The position numbers and the translations under genes were made by a program. From NCBI GenBank assembly GCA_041746575.1, contig JBGTGT010000005.1:1-33084 (forward strand): 33,084 nt of DNA. The letters run 5' to 3'. Positions within the stretch are counted from its first letter, which is position 1, and each line of letters starts with the position of its first letter. Below, piece after piece: positions 17,810 through 27,450 of this stretch. Origin of the DNA: Microcystaceae cyanobacterium. Its GTDB lineage: Bacteria; Cyanobacteriota; Cyanobacteriia; Cyanobacteriales; Microcystaceae. Below the pieces are notes generated by a model. That model was not told the origin of the DNA and made no database searches. It was given only the letters and a program-made list of their open reading frames with translations.

Positions 17810-19105
17810 ATGAATCCTAATCTTAATGCTAATACCACCTTTAATCCCGGTATTCGCCATCAAACGAGGGCGGAAGAACAACTTCTCTATGATTATTTCC
17901 TAGAAGGCGTCCAAACCGAATCGCCTGACCAACTTATTGAAGATTTCCGCCATTTATTTATTGAAGGACGAGGTTTTAAACAGGCTCAGATTTATGCGGC
18001 ACTAGAAAGAATTATCAAAAGCAAAGAAGCCGATCAAACCTTTGATTATTTTTTAAATAGATGTTGCCATATTTTAGTAAATCGTTGGCAAATGCAACCT
18101 CAATTCGGGGGGGCAATTCCCGATTTAATTGGCTTATTTGAAAATCTTCCTCCTCCCCGGCAAGGCTATTACAATACGCCCAATCGACTGCGTCAACTGG
18201 TTAAAAATTTCACCCAGTCAGGCCACTATATCAAGCTACAACGCTTAACCAGAGTTGTTAATATTAAACAACAAAATTCTCCTGCTGTGGGCAATTTAAT
18301 TCATCGCTATCCTTATCTGTACAATCATTGTTTATTGGGAGAGGATAGCAGTTACGAGCATCAGCAGACAGTACGTCAAATTAAAACACAAACAGAACGC
18401 CGCTACGAGGTTAATTTATCTCGTTATATTACCTATAAAGTTAGGATGGCGCAACTGGCCAAAATTCAACAAGAGCAAAGTGGAGAACGCATTATTCGGC
18501 CGGTTAATAATCCAACCTTATTAAGTGATCAAGAATTAAATCGTTCCCTAAAGCATTATGTCGGAACCGTGGGCGATGGCTATACTTATAAAAGCCTATC
18601 CCATCATTTTTTAAGTAATACATTACATACCCCTACCTTTGGCGGATTTAAGGGACAACTGTACGAATATTTAGTTGCAGCCATGGGAACAGAACAAGGA
18701 AAAAGTCAATTTAATCGAAAAATTTATAATCTTTTGCAAAATACTTTACCGGAATGTGACGCCCAAAAACCCAGTGAATTTTTAATGTTAAGAACGGCTA
18801 GTCAACTCTTAAATTATTTAGTGGTCGATAGCCCACAAAACCCTGAGCATTATGTGTTTATTGATCTCATCAGTAACATGGGAGTGACTCGCACGGTGGG
18901 CTTATTACTCAAAGTCTTATTAATTTGTAAAAAAGTAAAACCTTATCTCGAAAAACGCTTTTCGATTTTATTTAATCATTATGAATCTTTTACAAAAGAT
19001 GGCGTACCTTGGTTAGTCAAATCTTTAGAAAATATTCAGATTGCCTTTAGTGTTCACTTTGGCAAAGTGGATTTATCTTGTCTGAATCAAGTAAAGATGG
19101 GATAG
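17810..19105 (+). CDS. Conserved-looking cyanobacterial hypothetical protein (soluble, helical)
   Basis: 431-aa ORF with RBS AAGGAGG. Motifs such as LNRCCHILVNRW, RYPYLY and NPTLL recur in cyanobacterial hypotheticals, but no function was recognised. Confidence 0.75.
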   Translation: MNPNLNANTTFNPGIRHQTRAEEQLLYDYFLEGVQTESPDQLIEDFRHLFIEGRGFKQAQIYAALERIIKSKEADQTFDYFLNRCCHILVNRWQMQPQFGGAIPDLIGLFENLPPPRQGYYNTPNRLRQLVKNFTQSGHYIKLQRLTRVVNIKQQNSPAVGNLIHRYPYLYNHCLLGEDSSYEHQQTVRQIKTQTERRYEVNLSRYITYKVRMAQLAKIQQEQSGERIIRPVNNPTLLSDQELNRSLKHYVGTVGDGYTYKSLSHHFLSNTLHTPTFGGFKGQLYEYLVAAMGTEQGKSQFNRKIYNLLQNTLPECDAQKPSEFLMLRTASQLLNYLVVDSPQNPEHYVFIDLISNMGVTRTVGLLLKVLLICKKVKPYLEKRFSILFNHYESFTKDGVPWLVKSLENIQIAFSVHFGKVDLSCLNQVKMG

Positions 19106-19110
19106 AACGC

Positions 19111-19207
19111 TATAGCCGTTCTCTTATAGACGAGAGACAGCGTCTTTAGTTGTCGGAAATCGGGGAGCATTTTGAAGTGTATCTCACGGCGAAAGAGAAA
19201 TACTACA
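19111..19207. repeat. Degenerate inverted-repeat (MITE/REPIN-like) element between convergent genes
   Basis: Left arm TATAGCCGTTCTCTTATAGACGAGAGACA versus reverse complement of the right arm TGTAGTATTTCTCTTTCGCCGTGAGATACA; both share T.TAG...TTCTCTT......GAGA.ACA. Confidence 0.5.
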
Positions 19208-19217
19208 CCTAGATTTT

Positions 19218-20138
19218 TTAGCGATTTTTGGCATCTAAATTTAGGTTTAGGTTACTGTATTGTCGATAAATCAACCCTATTAAACCGACTCCTATTAATA
19301 GCATAAGGAAAGTAACCACCACTAACGCTGAACCATAACCAAAGTCCAAATAACGCATGATCGTTGTATAAATATACATCGAGAGGGTTTCCGTCGCTCC
19401 GGCAGGGCCTCCCCCTGTCATAACCTGTACGAGGTCGAAAATGCCAAAAGCTTGAGCAAAACGAAACAAGGCGGCAATGAGCAACTGAGGTTTTAATAAC
19501 GGCAGTGTCATTTGATAAAAACTTTGCCACGAATTTGCCCCGTCGAGGGCGTGGGCTTCATATAAATCTTGCGGAATGGCTTGTAATCCAGCTAATAAAA
19601 TAATGCTAATAAAAGGTGTTGTTTTCCAAACATCCGCACTAATTAGAGCTAACATTGCTAAGGTGGGATTTCCTAACCAATTGATCTTTTGGTCAATCAA
19701 TCCGAGGCGTAGCAACAGATCATTGACGATACCATATTGGTCATTAAAAATCCATGCCCAAGCTAATCCCATTACGGCGGTGGGTAAAGCCCACGGTAAA
19801 ATAGCGACGGTACGGACGAATCCTCGACCCCGAAAGGATTGATGCAATACTAAAGCAATGACCATGCCTAAAATCAGTTCAAGGGTAACGCTGATAAAAG
19901 TAAAAATAAGTGTATTTTGTAAGCTTTGTCCAAAACGACCGTCTCCCACCATGCGCTGATAGTTGCTAAATCCTGAAAAAATAGGCTGTAATTGGCTTCC
20001 TAAGTTTTTCGTAAAAAGGCTGAGCCAAATAGCACGGCCAATAGGATAAATGAAAACCAGTCCTAAGAGAAACAGCGCAGGAAATAGCATTATCCCACCG
20101 ATGTTGTTTTGTCCAAACTGTTTTAGCGATCGCTTCAT
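19218..20138 (-). CDS. Carbohydrate ABC transporter permease (MalF/UgpA-like)
   Basis: GFSNY, LPWALP, WKTTPF, EAA-loop variant LQAIPQDLYEAHALDGA, MTGGGP and FGYGSA. ATG at 20138 is preferred because the longer ORF overlaps kaiA. Confidence 0.9.
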   Translation of the reverse strand: MKRSLKQFGQNNIGGIMLFPALFLLGLVFIYPIGRAIWLSLFTKNLGSQLQPIFSGFSNYQRMVGDGRFGQSLQNTLIFTFISVTLELILGMVIALVLHQSFRGRGFVRTVAILPWALPTAVMGLAWAWIFNDQYGIVNDLLLRLGLIDQKINWLGNPTLAMLALISADVWKTTPFISIILLAGLQAIPQDLYEAHALDGANSWQSFYQMTLPLLKPQLLIAALFRFAQAFGIFDLVQVMTGGGPAGATETLSMYIYTTIMRYLDFGYGSALVVVTFLMLLIGVGLIGLIYRQYSNLNLNLDAKNR

Positions 20139-20148
20139 GAAACTTACA

Positions 20149-21069
20149 TTATTCAATTCGATAGAGCAAATCAAGGGGAATATCTTCTCGGGGAATTGAG
20201 CGACGATACATTTCCCCTAAATGAGCTAGGACGTCAATTAGCGTCAGACGGTAATCTAACAAAATTTCTTCGTTTCTTCCTTCTAATTTGAGTTGTTGCG
20301 CAAATTCATCCATCAGTTTCATGTGAATTTCCAAAAATTGAGAGGCAGAAACATCTGCAAAAAAGGCTTGATTGACTAATTGATCAATTAATTGATTGAC
20401 ATCGGAATCTTGAGAAAAATAACAAAGAATAATATCACGATAATAAGAATTGAGTTGTTGTAATAAGTTCTTTTTTTGGTCAGGGAAAAGGTTGCGATAA
20501 AAGTATTTTGGGTCTCTTTTATAATACACACCCAAATAGCCCAATCGTTCTTTCAGTTTCTCCGCTAGGCGACGTTGTTGTAAGATGAGAGAACTGGGAT
20601 GATCGTCGATTTTTTGAAGAGTAGAGGAGGTTTTCGGGGCTGACGATAAAAGGCAACTAGGAGCAAGATGAAGAAATTGCGTAATTGCTAAATCAATGGA
20701 CGTGTTAATCTGCCCTAATTGCTCGAGTTTGAGATGAACTTCTGAATTATGGTAAAAATAAATGGGGCATTCTGAGAGATTATCTCTAAAAAAGACCTCC
20801 TTGTCTAGTGCATCAATAATAACAACCGGTAAAAGAGTTCCCTGCTCATATAACTGATTGAAAATGGGTAGAATAGCCGTTTCTGACAAAACAATCAAAC
20901 AATCAATCTCTTCGGTATGATTTTTAACATGGTGAATAAAAGCCTCAGCGGAATCTACAAAATGTAGGTGATATCGCCCGTCACTCAAACTTTCTTTCAA
21001 GAATTGAGCGGTGTTGGCTGAGGAAACAAATAAACAAATGGATAGTTGAGAATACAAGGAAATTATCAA
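20149..21069 (-). CDS. kaiA: Circadian clock protein KaiA
   Basis: N-terminal pseudo-receiver (IDCLIV, LLPVVII, YHNSEVHL) and the C-terminal KaiA domain QQRRLAEKLKERLGYLGVYYKR...EIHMKLMDEF...EGRNEEILLDYRLTLIDVLAHLGEMYRRSIP. The start is uncertain (TTG 21069 or about 21057). Confidence 0.95.
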   Translation of the reverse strand: MIISLYSQLSICLFVSSANTAQFLKESLSDGRYHLHFVDSAEAFIHHVKNHTEEIDCLIVLSETAILPIFNQLYEQGTLLPVVIIDALDKEVFFRDNLSECPIYFYHNSEVHLKLEQLGQINTSIDLAITQFLHLAPSCLLSSAPKTSSTLQKIDDHPSSLILQQRRLAEKLKERLGYLGVYYKRDPKYFYRNLFPDQKKNLLQQLNSYYRDIILCYFSQDSDVNQLIDQLVNQAFFADVSASQFLEIHMKLMDEFAQQLKLEGRNEEILLDYRLTLIDVLAHLGEMYRRSIPREDIPLDLLYRIE

Positions 21070-21245
21070 CTTTACAGCTAAAATAATGATACCCGTTAAG
21101 TTTTGTCACTATAAGGGTTCTGGTAAAAACGTTAGCATAAACTGCCCAGTTAAATTAATATTTGTTTATAATCAAGACAAAACTGTAATAAATTATGAGT
21201 TCAAGCTGTCAGATCATCAGCAGATAAGTCCATAATAGAGAAAAA

Positions 21246-23234
21246 TTGTTGTCTGGATTTGGAAAAAACGTGACGGACTCAAGCGTCCCTGACCCCCTTC
21301 TCACTGCCTCTTCTCCCTATCTAGCTTTAGAAACATGGCTGGACACTTTACCCTTGCCCATTTTACTCAAAAAAGAATCCGGTGAAATTTTGTACCAGAA
21401 TCGGCTTTGGTGTGAAAAGATTGGCAACTTTAGTCCTTTATCCCCCGAATCGCTCCCCTCTATTTTTCTGCGTTCTCCTACCCTGCCTGAGACGGACGCG
21501 AACAATTTTGAGGATTTCCGTGCTTATTCTGAGTGGCAATCTAGCAAAAAAGCGGATTATATTGATTTTTGTCCTTCTCAATCCTTGTTTCCTCAGCATC
21601 GCTGGCAGTTTCTTTATTTTCCCTATTTAGGATTGTCTCTTCAACAGAAAACGGTCTTAATCATTGCGCTTGATATTACAGAACAACAGCAGGACTTCCG
21701 AACATTAGAAGCACAAAATGCAGATTTATTGCAATTAAACCGCTTGAAAGATGAATTTTTAGACTTTATTAGCCACGAATTAAAATCCCCTTTAACGGCT
21801 GTCGTCGGTTTATCTAGTTTATTACAAGATCGCCGCGTAGGCCCTTTGAACGCGGCACAGGAACGTTATGCTAATTTAATTTACCGTAGTAGCCGTCAAT
21901 TGATGGTTTTGGTCAATAATTTACTAGATTTAACTCGCTTAGAGAATGGGCAACTGCAATTAAATTCGCATTCGATTGATGTTCCGAGCCTTTGTCAGCA
22001 AGCCTATCAAAATCTGCGCAATAATAACCCTGAAAGTGATTTGCCGGATTTTATTCTTGAAATTGACAATCACGAAACTTTGATAGCCGATGAACAACGA
22101 CTGCAACAAATGTTAAGTGTTCTTTTGGAGAATGCTGCTAAATTAAGCCAGAATGATGGAAAAATTGGCATTCGTGTCAAAGGATGTCCCCGTTGGGTGA
22201 CTTTTACGGTTTGGGACACGGGAGAAGGTATTCCCGAAGACATTCAATCTTCTCTTTTGCAACACGGTCAATCCCCTAATCCCTGTCTTAATGCCCATTA
22301 TCCTCAGGTAGGACTTGGCTTAATCTTAACGCAACGTCTCGCCCGCGCTCATGGTGGAGATTTATCGTTTCGCTCGAAAATGGGACAAGGAAGTCAATTT
22401 ACCTTACTGCTACCGGTTCAAAATCAGGAATATTCCGCTTCAGCTTCCTCTAAACGTCAACCGTTAGTTTTAGTGGTAGAAACGCTCCCTCATTGGATTG
22501 AAGACTTGACAGATAAGTTGTCGGAATTGGGAAATCAGGTAGTAATTGCCCGTACAGGGACAGAAGCTTTAGAAAAAGCCCGTCAACTGAAACCAGACAT
22601 CATTTTTCTTAATCCTTGGCTTCCTTTATTGTCAGGATGGGATGTCTTAACCTTACTGAAGTCGGATGTTCAAACACAGCAAATTCGCATTATTTTGACC
22701 GATTATCAAACAGATAGTTCTCTCAAAACCTATCAAGCTGATGCGATATTAAGCTTACCTAGCGATTTAGAGGTGTTAAAGCGGCTACTGAACGAAAATA
22801 AAGAAGGAAAGTCTTTAGAAAATCCCCTCTCGAACCCCTCTTTGACTTTGTTATTTCTCCATCCTGATAGTGATACCTTTCAAGGTTCTACCCTAACCCC
22901 CCAAGATTTAGCTCTCATTAATCAACTTTCTAAGCAGAATCATCGTATCTTACAAGCGGATGACTTAGAGCAAGCGTCCTTACTTGTCTCAGTATGGGAT
23001 GTGGACGTTGTCGTCTTGGATGGACATAAACTTAAGCATAAAAATGATTACCTACGAATATTTGCTACCCTTCCTGAATTGGCTACTTTACCCTTAGTTA
23101 CCCTCGATAAAGCGACAACGAAATTAGCCAATCGTCTCCCCAGTTTAAGGGTTTTTCCTTGTTTAGATCCTGATGGTCAAGAGGCTTTAAGTCAACTGTG
23201 GCAGGTTGTTCAAATTGCCGCAAAAATGCCGTAG
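21246..23234 (+). CDS. Hybrid sensor histidine kinase with degenerate receiver domains, divergent from kaiA
   Basis: H-box ISHELKSPL, N-box LLENAAK, G1 WDTGEGIP and G2 GLGLILTQRLARAHGG. Receiver-like LVLVVE...KPDIIFLNP has Asn at the phospho-Asp position. A second receiver-like segment (VVVLDG) follows. Confidence 0.85.
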   Translation: MLSGFGKNVTDSSVPDPLLTASSPYLALETWLDTLPLPILLKKESGEILYQNRLWCEKIGNFSPLSPESLPSIFLRSPTLPETDANNFEDFRAYSEWQSSKKADYIDFCPSQSLFPQHRWQFLYFPYLGLSLQQKTVLIIALDITEQQQDFRTLEAQNADLLQLNRLKDEFLDFISHELKSPLTAVVGLSSLLQDRRVGPLNAAQERYANLIYRSSRQLMVLVNNLLDLTRLENGQLQLNSHSIDVPSLCQQAYQNLRNNNPESDLPDFILEIDNHETLIADEQRLQQMLSVLLENAAKLSQNDGKIGIRVKGCPRWVTFTVWDTGEGIPEDIQSSLLQHGQSPNPCLNAHYPQVGLGLILTQRLARAHGGDLSFRSKMGQGSQFTLLLPVQNQEYSASASSKRQPLVLVVETLPHWIEDLTDKLSELGNQVVIARTGTEALEKARQLKPDIIFLNPWLPLLSGWDVLTLLKSDVQTQQIRIILTDYQTDSSLKTYQADAILSLPSDLEVLKRLLNENKEGKSLENPLSNPSLTLLFLHPDSDTFQGSTLTPQDLALINQLSKQNHRILQADDLEQASLLVSVWDVDVVVLDGHKLKHKNDYLRIFATLPELATLPLVTLDKATTKLANRLPSLRVFPCLDPDGQEALSQLWQVVQIAAKMP

Positions 23235-23282
23235 CTACTGATTAATGGTAATTTGGGTACTAATTACTGATCATCAATCCTT

Positions 23283-24575
23283 ATGGTAAAAACCCCTTTC
23301 TCAAAACGGGTCAATTTTCCTAAAACCCCTTTGGCTAGTCATTTGTCCTTTCCGTTATTGATGGGAATTTTAAGTCGTGGGGTAATTCTGCTCGCCATGT
23401 TAGGAGTGGCTCCCCTCTTAGCCCAACCTTCAGGCGGAATCGCCGCAGAATTTGGATGGCAAGTCTTTTCAGCATGGGATAGTGAGGCTTATCTGAGTAT
23501 TGCTGCTTCGGGTTACGAAATATTAGAAAATCATCAACCCGGTGCCAATGTGGCTTTTTTCCCGTTATATCCCCTCTTAATTAGTCTTGCGATGAAATTC
23601 GGTTTATCGGGGATTATTGCTGGAACATTGAGCAATAATTTAGCCTTTTTTGCGACATTGATCGTTGTTTATGATTGGGTAGCGCAAAATCATGACAGCA
23701 AAGCGGCAAAGTGGACAACCGCCGTCCTTGCATGGTGTCCCTTGTCCCTCTTTGGTACAGTGGTCTATAGCGAGGGATTATTTTTGCTATGTAGCACTTT
23801 AGCTTTACGTTGTTTCGATCATCGACGTTACGGATTAGCCGCCATCTGGGGAAGTTTAGCAACGGCAACACGTGTCACGGGATTAGCTCTCATTCCTGCT
23901 CTTTTGATGACTGCTTACCGTAAAAAAGAATCATTTACTGCTTATCTCTCTGCTTTACTTTGTAGCGCAGGAGTTTTCGCCTATGGAGTCTATTGTTGGC
24001 TCACCTTTGGTCATCCGCTTGCCTTTATCACTGTACAACATACTATTTGGCAAAGAAGTCGAGGCTTCGATGGGCTAGGATGGTGGCGTATGATTGTCGA
24101 AATTACGGCAGGTAGCGCAAACTGGCATCATGGGAGCATCAAAGATCCCCTTCACCCTTTAATTTTCGGTTTAATCGGGGCGATCGCTGTTCTCCTATGG
24201 CGTTTTAAGACAAAATTAGGTCAGTCCACGGTTGATTATGGCTTTTTTGCCCTATTTGTCATTTTATGGCTCTTAGCGGGTGACCCTTTGCTGAATACGC
24301 TGTCAATTTTAGGGGGATGCTATCTCCTTTGGCATTTAAGACGACATTTGAGTCTCGTAACCCTTCTTTATGGATTTTGTGCATTAGGTTTAATTTTGTC
24401 ATCAGGTGGCACCAGTTCTCTCAATCGTTACGCCTACGGGATTATTTCTCTTTCAATTGCCCTCGGAGTGTTATTCTCTCGTTCTTTCCGTTGGGGTTAT
24501 AGCATGATGGTCTTTTTTGGCGTTGTTCTTATCAGTTTTTCGATTCGTTTTGCTCAACATTTATGGGTCGCTTAA
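23283..24575 (+). CDS. GT-C fold mannosyltransferase-like membrane protein (PIG-V / Mannosyl_trans2-like)
   Basis: WDSEAYLSIAASGY, AFFPLYPLL, YSEGLFL and LATATR..G, with many TM helices. Confidence 0.8.
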   Translation: MVKTPFSKRVNFPKTPLASHLSFPLLMGILSRGVILLAMLGVAPLLAQPSGGIAAEFGWQVFSAWDSEAYLSIAASGYEILENHQPGANVAFFPLYPLLISLAMKFGLSGIIAGTLSNNLAFFATLIVVYDWVAQNHDSKAAKWTTAVLAWCPLSLFGTVVYSEGLFLLCSTLALRCFDHRRYGLAAIWGSLATATRVTGLALIPALLMTAYRKKESFTAYLSALLCSAGVFAYGVYCWLTFGHPLAFITVQHTIWQRSRGFDGLGWWRMIVEITAGSANWHHGSIKDPLHPLIFGLIGAIAVLLWRFKTKLGQSTVDYGFFALFVILWLLAGDPLLNTLSILGGCYLLWHLRRHLSLVTLLYGFCALGLILSSGGTSSLNRYAYGIISLSIALGVLFSRSFRWGYSMMVFFGVVLISFSIRFAQHLWVA

Positions 24576-25574
24576 TTAAGCGTTATTTTGCCCAAAGTGC
24601 TGAAATCCTGCTGCTAAAGTCAAAATTTTAGAAGAATTTAGGCTCATTAAACGCACCGTTTTATCTTTCGTAATTTCACCAATAATTGCCGCCTCTTCTC
24701 CTAATTCTGCGATTAATCTCTCGGCGTTTTCTCTTGGCAAACAGAGAACTAATTCAAAATCCTCTCCGCCGTATAACGTCCAGTCTAAGGCGGGTTCTTC
24801 TCCTACCCATTCCGCTAATTCTGAGGCAAGTGGTAATAATTTTGTCTGAATTTGCGCTCCTACCTCGCTACAACGACAAATCTGAATAATGGCATCTGCT
24901 AGCCCGTCACTGCTATCCATTCCGGCGATAGATAAAAAATAATCCTTGTCTTGTAAAATCTCAATGACGTCTAGACGGGGTTTGGGGCGTTGATGAGCGT
25001 TGATCAGTTTATTTTTGGCATTTTTTGCTAAATGACTTCCTTTTTCGGGATGTACTAATAAGTCTAAGCCTCCTCTTGATAACCCATGATATCCCGTAAC
25101 GAGAATGGCATCTCCGACTTGTGCGGTAGAACGACGGATAATTTTCTGCGGAAAAACCCAGCCTAACGCTGTAATAGAAACCGTTATCTTTGAAGACCGA
25201 CAAATATCCCCTCCTAGGATTACTCCACCATAGGTATTAAGACAATTTGCCATCCCTTGGTATAAACTTTCTAGCCATTTTAGGGGTTTATCTTCTGTTA
25301 AGCCTAATCCTACCGTAATTCCTAACGGTAAAGCCCCCATTGCCGCTAAATCCGATAAGTTAGCAGTAACGGCTCGCCATCCCACGTCTTCGGCTGAAGT
25401 GGTGCGATCGCTAAAATGAACCCCTTCTACTAACATATCCGTTGTGACGACCAATTGCTGTTCAGGGGGAACGGGTAACACCGCCCCATCATCGCCAATG
25501 ATATCGGACGGACAAAAAGCTTGTAAAAGTTTTAAAACTCCCTGTTCTCCGCAATCTTTGATCGTTTTTTCCAT
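24576..25574 (-). CDS. thiL: Thiamine-monophosphate kinase
   Basis: IGDDGAV, TTDMLVEGVHF, NLSDLAAMGA, GGD, MDSSDGL and GGEDFELV. Confidence 0.96.
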   Translation of the reverse strand: MEKTIKDCGEQGVLKLLQAFCPSDIIGDDGAVLPVPPEQQLVVTTDMLVEGVHFSDRTTSAEDVGWRAVTANLSDLAAMGALPLGITVGLGLTEDKPLKWLESLYQGMANCLNTYGGVILGGDICRSSKITVSITALGWVFPQKIIRRSTAQVGDAILVTGYHGLSRGGLDLLVHPEKGSHLAKNAKNKLINAHQRPKPRLDVIEILQDKDYFLSIAGMDSSDGLADAIIQICRCSEVGAQIQTKLLPLASELAEWVGEEPALDWTLYGGEDFELVLCLPRENAERLIAELGEEAAIIGEITKDKTVRLMSLNSSKILTLAAGFQHFGQNNA

Positions 25575-25642
25575 AAAGAACCCCTTTGTCTGTTTCTGAT
25601 TGCCTTTCTTAAAGGAGTCCCCTAAAATAATAGTAGAGGATT

Positions 25643-25855
25643 TTAATCTGCTCGATACTCCTGACGTTCCAGCCAGTCAAAGATACAATCTAACTGTCGC
25701 AGGGTAATTAAACCATATTTCCACAAAATCATCGGTAACGAGCCCAAAGGGAGAGCAGGATCTCGTAGAGCGAGTGAAATAGACTCCACCGGAATTTGGA
25801 GTTCCTCCCGTAAAAAGTAGATAAGTTTTTGTCTGCGTTTTACCAATTCAACCAT
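25643..25855 (-). CDS. DUF2949 family protein
   Basis: FLREELQIP..SI.LALR...LPMILWKYGLITLRQLDCIFDWLE. Confidence 0.85.
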   Translation of the reverse strand: MVELVKRRQKLIYFLREELQIPVESISLALRDPALPLGSLPMILWKYGLITLRQLDCIFDWLERQEYRAD

Positions 25856-26076
25856 GATTTTTTAAGCGGGGTATTCAACACAACTGATTCCATTGCTGGA
25901 TGATTAGCCATTGAGTTTACAGAACAATTGTGAAGATTCCGTGACCGTCAAATGACGTTTTAATGAAAGTAACGTTTTTGACCTGTCGGAAAAATCACCC
26001 AATTGGCTGAAGTTTAGTGATATCTTAGGAGGAGAATCGGTCTGTCTTAAGCGTTTTGTCTGGAGTCAATTCTTTT

Positions 26077-26385
26077 ATGCCCCAAGCTGTTGGTGTTATT
26101 CAAACCCTTGGTTTTCCCCCCGTCATGGCAGCCGCTGATGCGATGGTTAAAGGAGGGCGGGTTACCCTTGTTTATTTTGATAAAGCGGAAAGAGGGGAAT
26201 TTGTCGTGGCGATTCGAGGGCCGGTTTCTGAGGTGAATCAGGCGATGAAGGCGGGTTTAGAGGCGGCAACCCAAGGTTATGGCGGCAACGTGGTGAGTCA
26301 TTATACGGTGCCTAACCCTCCCGAAAACTTATTAGCGGTTCTTCCGGTAGATTATAGCGAAGAAGTGTCAGAATTTCGAGTTTAA
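26077..26385 (+). CDS. ccmK3: Carboxysome shell protein CcmK3 (BMC-H)
   Basis: MPQAVGVIQTLGFPPVMAAADAMVKGGRVTLVYFDKAERG...PNPPEN. ATG at 26077. First gene of the K3-K4 pair. Confidence 0.9.
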   Translation: MPQAVGVIQTLGFPPVMAAADAMVKGGRVTLVYFDKAERGEFVVAIRGPVSEVNQAMKAGLEAATQGYGGNVVSHYTVPNPPENLLAVLPVDYSEEVSEFRV

Positions 26386-26528
26386 ATGGTTGTATGACTA
26401 AAATTACTTCTTCTCCTGACAAACCTCTAGTTTGGTGTACCCCCTTTCGACTATAGTAGAGAGGCTAAAGATTCAAGCATAACGGCATTTTGAATTTTTA
26501 AATTTGTATTTATTTAGGAGTTGACCCC

Positions 26529-26882
26529 ATGCCTGCACAATCTGCTGTTGGCTCGATTGAAAGTAAAGGATTTCCTGGGATTTTGGCGGCGGCTGATGCC
26601 ATGGTTAAAGCGGGAAGAATTACCATTGTTGGCTATATTCGGGCAGGAAGCGCGCGATTTACTTTGAATATTCGCGGAGATGTTCAAGAAGTGAAAACGG
26701 CTATGGCGGCAGGGATTGAAGCCATTGAAAAAACGGAAGGGGCAGCGTTAGAGACTTGGGTGATTATTCCCCGTCCTCACGAAAATGTCGTCGCTGTCTT
26801 GCCGATTGACTACAGTGAAGCGGTTGAGCCCTTTCGGGAAGCGGCAGAAGGCATTGCCTTACCGAGTTTTCGCCGTCCTTAA
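26529..26882 (+). CDS. ccmK4: Carboxysome shell protein CcmK4 (BMC-H)
   Basis: QSAVGSIESKGFPGILAAADAMVKAGRITIVGYIRAGSARF...IIPRPHENV. RBS AGGAG. Confidence 0.92.
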   Translation: MPAQSAVGSIESKGFPGILAAADAMVKAGRITIVGYIRAGSARFTLNIRGDVQEVKTAMAAGIEAIEKTEGAALETWVIIPRPHENVVAVLPIDYSEAVEPFREAAEGIALPSFRRP

Positions 26883-26895
26883 GGGTTGGTCAAAA

Positions 26896-27264
26896 TTATG
26901 GGCTAAAATCCGTCTCATTCGTATTGAGGGTTTTTTGGATTTTTTCCCATAGGTTTATCATATCTTGCCAAGAGATATTCAGGAGCGATAAAATTCCGAC
27001 TAGAATTAAAATTGTCCCCAAAAATACATTACTTTTATACAGAAATAACCCTACTAAGACAATAAAATAAGGGGATAAAATACCGCTAATTTTTTCAACA
27101 ATTGTCACCACTTCGGGCGAAGCATCCACTCCCTCTTGATTTTCAGAAGCAGTTACCCTTATCATTTCTTGAGTGTCGTCTGATAAGGACATTTCGGTCG
27201 GTAAGGGGTTATTGTTGGGGAATAATTCGGAATTTTCGGATTCTTGACGTTGTCGTCCAAACAT
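26896..27264 (-). CDS. Small membrane protein of unknown function (acidic N-terminus, 2 TM)
   Basis: 122-aa ORF with a hydrophobic hairpin (ILSPYFIVLVGLFLY / FLGTILILVGILSLL). RBS-like GAGG upstream. Confidence 0.7.
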   Translation of the reverse strand: MFGRQRQESENSELFPNNNPLPTEMSLSDDTQEMIRVTASENQEGVDASPEVVTIVEKISGILSPYFIVLVGLFLYKSNVFLGTILILVGILSLLNISWQDMINLWEKIQKTLNTNETDFSP

Positions 27265-27450
27265 GATGATTAACCTCTAGGAGGAACGGTAATTGTTCAA
27301 CGATCAGGTTCGTTATTTATCTTACAACCGTTTTTAGGTCTGACAGTTCTCTTAATAGATGACTTTATTTCGTTAACATCAATCATAAACGATAACGCCT
27401 AATGATGATCTTATAAAATGCTATATTCCCTTGATTCTAAGCAAAATTCG

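Noticed and set aside
20149..21069. Possibility that this is the chimeric KaiA3 rather than canonical KaiA
   Set aside because: It has the canonical pseudo-receiver N-terminus and the RLAEKLKERLGYLGVYYKR linker, not a NarL-type receiver.
24570..24581. Palindrome GCTTAATTAAGC at the mannosyltransferase/thiL junction
   Set aside because: Largely explained by two abutting convergent TAA stop codons; there is no evidence of a separate element.
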